From: an uncultured Rheinheimera sp.
GTDB lineage: Bacteria > Pseudomonadota > Gammaproteobacteria > Enterobacterales > Alteromonadaceae
Assembly: GCA_943913835.1 (NCBI GenBank)
Contig: CALTZU010000001.1
Location: forward strand, 2,446 to 66,445
Length of the DNA stretch: 64,000 bases
Direction: 5' to 3'
Within the stretch, counting starts at the first letter, position 1. Each line of letters begins with the position of its first letter. Shown here piece after piece: positions 18,940 through 26,228 of this stretch. The notes beneath the pieces are model-generated. The model saw only the letters and a list, made by a program, of their open reading frames with translations. It was not told the DNA's origin and did no database searches. Position numbers and translations under genes: made by a program.

Positions 18940-19421
18940 AGCTGATGCTGACATTTTTTAAACTTCAGGCCACTGCCACAAGGGCAGCTGTCGTTGCGGG
19001 ATAGTTTGACCGCAGTATGTTCGGTTAAAACGCCACTGCAATACATCCACTTACCTTGTTCCAGCTCAAAATCCGACACTTCATCCAACAACTCCAGCTT
19101 ATCTCCGACCAGATAAGAGGCGACAAAATGCACTTGTTTTGTTGTTAAGCCCTTGGCGCTGATGATTTTCAAACCGATAAAGCGCACAGCTTTTGCAAAG
19201 TCCGCTATATCTGCCAGGCTGTGTTCCGACCGGGCCTTTGAGTGATAAGTTTGCAAAATATAGTCATAACATTGTGCGTTGTTATTATGATGGCAGTAAG
19301 CACTGTAGCGCGAACGCATCAGTTGTTCAGGGGTTTGCGCGAAAGCCGAACCACAAATCAGAGGCTCACAGCAGGAGCTAAAGGCTTTGCCTGAACCGCA
19401 ATAACATACAAAAGACATCAT
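18924..19421 (-). CDS. ychJ: YchJ family SEC-C motif protein
   Basis: CYCGSG...CC, PEQLMRSRYSAY, V.F.A...E.S.F...W.Y, RNDSCPCGSGLKFKKC. Confidence 0.92.
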   Translation of the reverse strand: MMSFVCYCGSGKAFSSCCEPLICGSAFAQTPEQLMRSRYSAYCHHNNNAQCYDYILQTYHSKARSEHSLADIADFAKAVRFIGLKIISAKGLTTKQVHFVASYLVGDKLELLDEVSDFELEQGKWMYCSGVLTEHTAVKLSRNDSCPCGSGLKFKKCQHQLQACN

Positions 19422-19588
19422 AGTCGCAGCTATCTCACTCTGGTTTAGATTAGTGACTAGTACATTTATCTATACACTGCCTGTCTAATCCATTCAAATT
19501 CCTATCCACCTCTAGTGTAAGCAAAATGGCTTTCAGGGCCAAGTCAGTTCTGAGGTAGCAGCAGAGTGCAATTGATCACTGGCCTTAA

Positions 19589-20059
19589 TTAATGGCTAAT
19601 TGCAATGCGCTGATTTGCCGATTGAACTTGAGCTTTGTCACTACTTAACTGATAAAAACAGGTTTGATGCTGCTGCGCCAACTGTTGATAGTGCTGCAGT
19701 GAGCTTTCACTGAATTGATCCTGCCATACAACAACAGCGCTACAGGTCGTGCTGCTTAATGCATCGCACAATACGGTATCAATGTTGCTGATTTGCTTTT
19801 GCTGGATCACCAGCACTTTAGACATGTCTAAATCGAAACCACTAAAAGTAGATTTATCTGGTAACTGGTTAGGTGCCAATAACAACACCCAACCTGATTG
19901 TTGTTGGTGTTGCTGAATAATAAACAGCAATTCGGGTAGGGCTAATTGACCAGCTGTAACCTGCAATTTGTGATAAAACGCAGATTGACCAGTTTTGTGT
20001 TGTAACTGAGTTTGGCTAACTAAAGAGTAGCTGTGAACTGCTTTGTTTAAATTCAACAT
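19589..20059 (-). CDS. sulA: SulA-like SOS cell-division inhibitor
   Basis: GWVLLLAP...P, KVLVI, AL...TCSAVVVW; LexA boxes upstream. Confidence 0.8.
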   Translation of the reverse strand: MLNLNKAVHSYSLVSQTQLQHKTGQSAFYHKLQVTAGQLALPELLFIIQQHQQQSGWVLLLAPNQLPDKSTFSGFDLDMSKVLVIQQKQISNIDTVLCDALSSTTCSAVVVWQDQFSESSLQHYQQLAQQHQTCFYQLSSDKAQVQSANQRIAISH

Positions 20060-20074
20060 TGTGATGCTCCAATA

Positions 20075-20105
20075 CTGTTTGTATTTACAGTGTATGGATA
20101 TACAG
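20075..20105. promoter_or_regulatory. Tandem LexA (SOS) boxes
   Basis: CTG-TTTGTATTTA-CAG (20075-20090) and GTG-TATGGATATA-CAG (20090-20105) upstream of sulA. Confidence 0.85.
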
Positions 20106-20184
20106 TAGTTTTGTGCTGTTTAAAAAGCAAGCTCTTTTTATAAAGTTTTTGCCTGTTTTTTGTGCTTCACATAAGGCGTAATTA

Positions 20185-20700
20185 TTACTTATTGTTTTTT
20201 AACGTGATTTTTTCAAAGCGCTCAGCGGCTAATTGCTGTGCTTGTTGTTGATCCAACAGTGTTAAGTGTTTAGTCAGTACTGTACAAGCCTGTTCCGCTG
20301 TAGTGTCTTGTTGCAAAGCCGCCAGAATAAACCAGCTGTAAGCAAAAACTGCAGATTTAGGTACTCCGGCGCCTTTCAAATAACAATGACCCAACTGGAC
20401 CTGAGACTGCAGATGCCCCATATAAGCGGCCCGACAAAACAGTGTGGCAGCCTGATGCACATCCTGCTGTTCTGTGCAGGTGACAGCCTGCTGAAATAAC
20501 AGTTCTGCGTCCTTCTTTAATAAGAGATCGCCACCAGCGCTGCTCTGATCCTTCGGTGGCAAGTAAGACAATTCAGCGCCCGGCGACTGTAACAGAACCT
20601 GTAATAGCTGCTGGTGTTCTTTCAACCTGGCATCTACTTCAGCCAAAGTTAAATCATCAATGCCGTCAAACTCAGGGCTGAAAAGTTGTGGTGTGGTCAT
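20185..20700 (-). CDS. Sel1-like repeat protein
   Basis: AAYMGHLQSQVQLGHCYLKGAGVPKSAVFAYSWF..AA; start moved to MTTPQ. Confidence 0.8.
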   Translation of the reverse strand: MTTPQLFSPEFDGIDDLTLAEVDARLKEHQQLLQVLLQSPGAELSYLPPKDQSSAGGDLLLKKDAELLFQQAVTCTEQQDVHQAATLFCRAAYMGHLQSQVQLGHCYLKGAGVPKSAVFAYSWFILAALQQDTTAEQACTVLTKHLTLLDQQQAQQLAAERFEKITLKNNK

Positions 20701-20867
20701 AAGTACAAAATCCGGTCTTAAAAAAAGCGCGCTATTAGACCCAAGGCTTGGGGCAGGGTCAAGCGAATGTGCCTGCTTTGTGCTTTCATCTGTCAGATTT
20801 CTGACAACAAACACAAATGCCTGGGCTTTTCTTGCGAAAATCGCGCCATGTTGTGCCTTTCGTAGCA

Positions 20868-20901
20868 TCGTCATATGAATGTCACACAGCCTTCTTACAC
20901 T
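20868..20901 (+). promoter_or_regulatory. Pho box (PhoB) promoter
   Basis: TCGTCAT-ATGA-ATGTCAC (11-bp period), 10-nt spacer, then -10 TACACT. Confidence 0.65.
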
Positions 20902-20935
20902 TCGACTATTAACTCAAGTCGTGCGAGTGCAGTAG

Positions 20936-22702
20936 ATGTGGACAGATGAAAGTTACAGGCAAGAACTGGTTAGTATTTTACAGCAGCGTAAGTTGCAACC
21001 GCTGTTTCAGCCTGTACTGGATTTTAACTCAGGTCATATTCAGGGCTATGAGGCACTGATCCGTGGTCCATCTGACAGTCCACTGCATTCTCCTTTGGTG
21101 TTGTTTAAAGTGGCACATCAGTGTCAGTTATTGCCTGAACTTGAGATGCTCTGTCGTGAGCTGAGCATAGCGGCCTTTGCAGCAGCCGGTGTGCAGGGCG
21201 ATTTGTATTTAAACGTCAATCCACTGTTATTACTGTCCAACGATCACCCGTCAGGTTTAACTCTGGCTTTGTTAGACAAATATCAGCTCAACCCAAGTCG
21301 GGTGGTGATTGAGTTGTCAGAGCAATATCAGGTGGATGATTCCAGCGTGCTTATTAATGCTGTGCATCATTACCGGGAGCTGGGTTTTCGTATAGCCATT
21401 GATGATTTGGGCAGTGGTTTTTCTGGTCTGAAGCTTTGGTCTGAACTTAAGCCTGACCTAATTAAAATTGACCGTTATTTTATCAGCCAGGTGCATGCTG
21501 ACCCAACGAAAAAACAGTTTGTCCGCAGTATTATTGCCTTAGCCAAAAGTACAGGCTCGGCCGTAGTAGCTGAAGGCATTGAGACCAGGGAAGAATTACT
21601 GCTCTGTCAGGAACTGGGCGCAGACTATGGCCAGGGCTATTTATTAGGTCGTCCCAATGCGGTGATGAGTGCGGTGGTGACAGGTAGTTATCAACTGAAT
21701 CCAAATCAGGGTAGTGCACCTCCGAGTTCAACTGAACAGGTGGGGGCTTTATTGTTGTCCGTACCTGCGGTCGCCAGCATAACAACAGTAGCGCAGTTAT
21801 TTGATTTATTTAGTAAAAACCCACAGTGGTCTAGTCTTGCCATAGTAGAGGATGAGCAGCCTGTAGGCATAGTGCAAAAGTCCGTTCTATTTGAACTCTT
21901 TTCAAGCCCTTATGGTCGGGCTTTATACGAAAAGAAAAGTGTGAAGGCGTTGATGGATAAAGATGCTGTAATAGTGGATGAAAACAGCACACTGGATCAG
22001 TTGAGCCAGCAAGTGACGGATCAGGACGATGAAGGCAGCTGGTATTTTATTGTCACCCGTGAACAAAAGTATCTGGGCTTAGGTTCAGTCCGTGCTTTAC
22101 TCAAACGTATTACCGAAAGTAAGTTACAAAACGCGCGTTATGCCAACCCCCTGACCCTATTGCCCGGCAATGTGCCCATCTACCGCGAAATTGACGGATT
22201 ATTGCAACGACGTAAAAGCTTTCACATTGCCTATTTTGATTTAAACGACTTTAAACCCTACAACGATACTTATGGTTACAGCAAAGGCGATTTAGTGATA
22301 CAACTTGTCGCTGAGCTGTTAACCAGCATAGCGGGGGCTGGTGGCCATTTTGTCGGTCATGTAGGTGGCGATGATTTTGTAGTGATCTTCACCAGCGAAA
22401 ACTGGCAGGAGCTTTGTCAGCAAGTACTGCATGAGTTTGCCGAAAGGGTGCTGTTTTATTATGAAAGTGCCCATGTGCAGGCTGGTGGTATTCGCAGTCA
22501 GAATCGCAGCGGCGAGCAGGTGTTTTATCCTTTACTCAGCCTGGCTGTTGGGGTAGTGTCGCCCGATCCCTGGTTATGTGTTTGTCATCATGATGTGGCG
22601 GCGCTGGCTAGTGATGCCAAAACCCAGGCGAAAAAACCGCAGGGCAACTTTTTATTTGTCTCACGCCGGCGCGGGCCTGGTCAAAGCGGATTGGCAAGCT
22701 AA
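20936..22702 (+). CDS. EAL-CBS-GGDEF c-di-GMP phosphodiesterase (RapA-like architecture)
   Basis: YEALIRGP, IDDLGSGFSGL, CBS pair, ANPLTLLPGN, HVGGDDF. Confidence 0.9.
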   Translation: MWTDESYRQELVSILQQRKLQPLFQPVLDFNSGHIQGYEALIRGPSDSPLHSPLVLFKVAHQCQLLPELEMLCRELSIAAFAAAGVQGDLYLNVNPLLLLSNDHPSGLTLALLDKYQLNPSRVVIELSEQYQVDDSSVLINAVHHYRELGFRIAIDDLGSGFSGLKLWSELKPDLIKIDRYFISQVHADPTKKQFVRSIIALAKSTGSAVVAEGIETREELLLCQELGADYGQGYLLGRPNAVMSAVVTGSYQLNPNQGSAPPSSTEQVGALLLSVPAVASITTVAQLFDLFSKNPQWSSLAIVEDEQPVGIVQKSVLFELFSSPYGRALYEKKSVKALMDKDAVIVDENSTLDQLSQQVTDQDDEGSWYFIVTREQKYLGLGSVRALLKRITESKLQNARYANPLTLLPGNVPIYREIDGLLQRRKSFHIAYFDLNDFKPYNDTYGYSKGDLVIQLVAELLTSIAGAGGHFVGHVGGDDFVVIFTSENWQELCQQVLHEFAERVLFYYESAHVQAGGIRSQNRSGEQVFYPLLSLAVGVVSPDPWLCVCHHDVAALASDAKTQAKKPQGNFLFVSRRRGPGQSGLAS

Positions 22703-22777
22703 TTGACTGGCTGGACCAATTCAGTTCGCGTGCTGAGGTACACTGCACCACTTCGATAGTCGTCAGGACGGGGATCC

Positions 22778-23488
22778 ATGTTTTTACAGCAGTTTATTAG
22801 TGAGCATAACAACGAAGTCAGTTTTAGCCGTCAGCAGGCCTGCCGCTTTGCCAAGGAAGTAGCTACAGATTTTAACCCTATCCACGACGCCGACAGTAAA
22901 AGATTCTGTGTGCCAGGTGATTTGTTGTTTGCCCATATGGTCAGCAAACATGGTTTAGCTCAAAAGTTACATTGTACTTTCGCTGGCATGGTCAGTTCAG
23001 ATGTGCTGTTGCACTCAGAGCAACAAGGTGATGAATGGCGCTTGTGTGATCAACAGCAAAAAAATTATCTGATTTTGCGCCAGCAAGGCGAAAAATTTCA
23101 CGACTTAGCCTATATCGAGTCGTTAGTGAAAGACTATGTGCGTTTCTCTGGCCAAAACTTCCCTCATATTCTGCAGCCTTTAATGAAGCAACATCAGGTG
23201 ATGATTAACGCGCAGCGTCCGTTGGTAATTTACGAAAGCATGACGTTGGAATTCGACCGCTTTTCCGCCATATCACCTGAATTGCGTTTAGCTCACAACG
23301 ACTTAACAGTGGAAGGAAAACGGGGTTTAGCCCGCTTAGGTTTTGAGTTGGTGGAAAACGGCGAAGTCATAGGTCGCGGCGAAAAACGTATGATTTTAAG
23401 CAGCCTGCAGCCTTATGAAGAAACAGTGATGCAGCAAATGGTCGATTTTTACAACGAACGTAAAACTCAGTTTCAGCACGCTGTTTAA
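22778..23488 (+). CDS. DUF3581 family protein
   Basis: QACRFAKEVATDFNPIHDADSKRFCVPGDLLF, RPLVIYESM. Confidence 0.85.
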   Translation: MFLQQFISEHNNEVSFSRQQACRFAKEVATDFNPIHDADSKRFCVPGDLLFAHMVSKHGLAQKLHCTFAGMVSSDVLLHSEQQGDEWRLCDQQQKNYLILRQQGEKFHDLAYIESLVKDYVRFSGQNFPHILQPLMKQHQVMINAQRPLVIYESMTLEFDRFSAISPELRLAHNDLTVEGKRGLARLGFELVENGEVIGRGEKRMILSSLQPYEETVMQQMVDFYNERKTQFQHAV

Positions 23489-23574
23489 GCCTATGATTCT
23501 GGCACAGTTGGCTTGGATTGCCGTTGCGCTTCTGCTAAGGTGCGGCGAAATAATCCATTTCGTTGAGGTTGCTG

Positions 23575-23874
23575 ATGTATTACATGATTTGTTCGGAAGA
23601 TGTGCCAAACAGCCTGCCACTGCGTAAGCAAGTGCGTGAACAGCATTTAGGCCGGTTGCAGGAATTAAAAGCCCAGGACCGTTTATTGATTGCAGGCCCA
23701 CTGCCGGCAGTGGATTTGGAAGAACCGGCCGAAGCAGGTTTTACCGGCTCTTTAGTGGTTGCGCAGTTTGATTCATTAGAACAAGCCAAAGCCTGGGCTG
23801 CTGCCGACCCATACATAGAGGCCGGTGTATACGCTAATTCAGTGGTGAAACCATTTAAAAAGGTACTGCCTTAA
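23575..23874 (+). CDS. yciI: YciI family protein
   Basis: R..HL.RL, AGPLPAVD, GFTGSLVVA.F, ADPYIEAGVY. Confidence 0.93.
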   Translation: MYYMICSEDVPNSLPLRKQVREQHLGRLQELKAQDRLLIAGPLPAVDLEEPAEAGFTGSLVVAQFDSLEQAKAWAAADPYIEAGVYANSVVKPFKKVLP

Positions 23875-23922
23875 GTTTTGGCTGCTTGATTAAATTGCTC
23901 CATAAAATCCCCGCCAATGTGC

Positions 23923-23941
23923 CTGTCTCTTATACACAAAT
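23923..23941 (+). other. Tn5 mosaic-end / IS50 outside-end-like sequence (contains DnaA box TTATACACA)
   Basis: CTGTCTCTTATACACAAAT: first 16 nt identical to the Tn5/Nextera mosaic end CTGTCTCTTATACACATCT. Confidence 0.55.
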
Positions 23942-23970
23942 CCCCCAGTGTTTACTGGGGGATTTTTTTT
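23938..23970 (+). terminator. Intrinsic terminator
   Basis: AAATCCCCCAGT-GTTT-ACTGGGGGATTT-TTTTT. Confidence 0.9.
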
Positions 23971-24007
23971 GAACTATCAGCCTATTCTGCAGTGACAAAA
24001 GTAGCTG

Positions 24008-24808
24008 TTACTGTGGCAAGCGGGATGCGGGCGCTGGCAAACTAAACTGATACTCCGCCAGTTGGTAACGTTGAACTATCAGTCCGAGTTCGCCATTGTC
24101 GTATAAGTGCTGCCAGGCTTTGGCCAGTTGCTCTAAGCGCTCCGGGCTTAGTGTGTGGCGGTTAAAGCCAAAATACACCGGGCTTTGATACACCTCAAAC
24201 AAGGGGTTTAAACCTGCTGTCGATAAACCCGACTGCTTTTTCCAGTAATGATAAGCTACTATATCTTCCAGCACTCCATGCACACGCCCATTCAGCAGCA
24301 GCGCCTGCTTATCTTCATTGCCACGAATAAACACAAAGTGGGTGCGATTTTTTGCATCGTTTAAAATGCTATCCAGCTCATCGCCATAATAAGCGCCATT
24401 GAGCAGGGCAATAATGCCTGATGTGCCGCTGCGCTTGAGTTGTGTTAGGTTGCTTAAACCAGGAAATGCCACAGTTTTGCCGACCAGATAGATCACTTCC
24501 TGCTGATGTGGGCCAATAAAGGCAAATTGTTGACTGCGCTCGGCGTTGTAACTTAAGTGGCTTAACACATCCAGTTCGCCTTGTTCGATCAGCTTGAGTG
24601 ATCGTAACCAGGGGCTATGAATAAATTCCAGGCTACAACCTACTTCCTTTACCAGACGGGTTAGCAAGTCGACATTCAGACCTGTCCAGCTGTCCTTTTG
24701 CTGAATAATATAAGGCGCGAAGCTGGTTTCAATCCCCATACGCATGGTACAGCTTTCAGAGCGGAAACTCAGCAACAGGGCGAAGAGGGCTATGAAAGCA
24801 AGCTTCAT
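24008..24808 (-). CDS. Solo periplasmic substrate-binding protein (family 3 / PAAT-like)
   Basis: Signal peptide, FAPY...GLNVDL, PWLRSL..IEQGELD, R...F.F, LLNGRV; no permease nearby. Confidence 0.85.
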   Translation of the reverse strand: MKLAFIALFALLLSFRSESCTMRMGIETSFAPYIIQQKDSWTGLNVDLLTRLVKEVGCSLEFIHSPWLRSLKLIEQGELDVLSHLSYNAERSQQFAFIGPHQQEVIYLVGKTVAFPGLSNLTQLKRSGTSGIIALLNGAYYGDELDSILNDAKNRTHFVFIRGNEDKQALLLNGRVHGVLEDIVAYHYWKKQSGLSTAGLNPLFEVYQSPVYFGFNRHTLSPERLEQLAKAWQHLYDNGELGLIVQRYQLAEYQFSLPAPASRLPQ

Positions 24809-24928
24809 CGCATACTTCCGAACTCAGCGAAAAGTAATTTAACTATATACGCAAGGGCAGCAGCTTGCCTGAGAAATCATCAGGGCAGGGGCAGGATTAT
24901 TCCAGGTGGTCAATAGTTCATGATTTTG

Positions 24929-24957
24929 TTGCACAATAAGGAACTGCATACTAGGCT
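24929..24957 (+). promoter_or_regulatory. sigma70-type promoter for the lipoprotein operon
   Basis: TTGCAC-N17-TAGGCT. Confidence 0.5.
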
Positions 24958-25067
24958 TGGTAGTAAAATTGAGCTGATGAGCAAAGGCAATAAACGGCTG
25001 CAGTGCTTGCCTGGAAAGTCTCAGTCTTTGCTGAATATTTTGTTTTTTTACTGCAAAGGAGATATTG

Positions 25068-25556
25068 ATGAATACAAAAAAACAATATGATCAGGTAAGG
25101 CTTATGCTGGCGGCCTTGCTTCTGCTCGCTGTGTCAGGCTGTACTGTAAAACTCATCGCTTCTTATGACGAAACTACCGATCAGAATGTAACGGCTTTGC
25201 AGCGCAAAATGGAGACATTTCTAACCGAGCTGGAAACGAAAGACGGCCTGCCAGAATGCAGTTACAGCAATAACTCTGCGTTTTACACCCAGGCCAAAGT
25301 TGATTTAAGTGCTATCAAAGTTAGAGTTGATGCAATTCCAAATAATGACATCACTGCAGAGCAAATCGCTTTACTCGCTGGTAGCCTGCAAGACCTGCAA
25401 TCCTTGCATCAATTAAAAGATAAAAACACAACAACACAGGGGGCGCTTAAATGCATAAGCATTGACGAAATAAAAGCCCTGCGCTCTGCATTTAACGCTA
25501 GTTTTACCGCCATATTAAAGTTGGAGCTGGCGAAAAAACGTGGTGAAGCCAATTAA
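25068..25556 (+). CDS. Uncharacterised alpha-helical lipoprotein
   Basis: AAGGAG RBS; lipobox LLAVSG-C; two further Cys; amphipathic helices. Confidence 0.85.
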   Translation: MNTKKQYDQVRLMLAALLLLAVSGCTVKLIASYDETTDQNVTALQRKMETFLTELETKDGLPECSYSNNSAFYTQAKVDLSAIKVRVDAIPNNDITAEQIALLAGSLQDLQSLHQLKDKNTTTQGALKCISIDEIKALRSAFNASFTAILKLELAKKRGEAN

Positions 25557-25575
25557 CTGAAAAGGAGATCAAGTC

Positions 25576-25905
25576 ATGAATATCAATGCCGGAGAATTAG
25601 CTGGAAATATGCTTAACGCCATGCAGGGCGTCCTGTCAGATAAATGGCCTGAGATTAAAGAGTACGCTGAGTCAGAAGCGCAAAAATTAGCTCAGTCGCT
25701 GGTGATGATTGAAGCGCTTAAAGTGGCAAACAAAATTGATCCCGAAGAAGCGGCTCTGCATTTATCCATTCAGAAAAACGCCAGTCGTATGGTGCTGCTG
25801 ACGATTAAAGGATTGGGCGTGTTGGCTGTTGAACAGGCACTTAATGCCGCGCTTGAAGTAGTCAAAGAGACGGTGAATACCGCTTTGGGATTCACACTGA
25901 TTTAA
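25576..25905 (+). CDS. Uncharacterised small helical protein, co-transcribed with the lipoprotein
   Basis: AAGGAG RBS, 19-nt gap after the lipoprotein gene, 109 aa. Confidence 0.85.
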   Translation: MNINAGELAGNMLNAMQGVLSDKWPEIKEYAESEAQKLAQSLVMIEALKVANKIDPEEAALHLSIQKNASRMVLLTIKGLGVLAVEQALNAALEVVKETVNTALGFTLI

Positions 25906-26228
25906 AGGCCACCTAAAGTGTTTGCTGCGGCACACCAGCACTGTGGCGTAATACTGCTGCAGCTTTGTTCAATAGCCTCTGCTATATCAGCTATTGCCAC
26001 TAAATTCACAAAAAACCTGATAGGCGTATGCAAGTCACTGTGGCAAAATCAGTTTTATTCCCGTCGTCCTTGATGCTGCAGCTTTGTTGACTGCGCCATT
26101 TCGCCCCAGTCACATAGCTTTACTATGCTCCTGGGGGCTAACTGGCTTGTCGCCTCCTAGTATCTTCAAGTAACTTGGGTACATAGTTTCAATAGCAAAC
26201 CAAAAAACATTAACGGAGTACTGCGGTT

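Noticed and set aside
22337..22344. Chi-like GCTGGTGG octamers
   Set aside because: A few copies on both strands, the ones I saw inside coding sequence; the Chi sequence of this lineage is unknown
24976..25040. Hammerhead ribozyme (CTGATGAG...GAAA)
   Set aside because: Stem II does not close onto a CGAAA and I could not build convincing stems I and III; c-di-GMP and fluoride riboswitch motifs also do not fit
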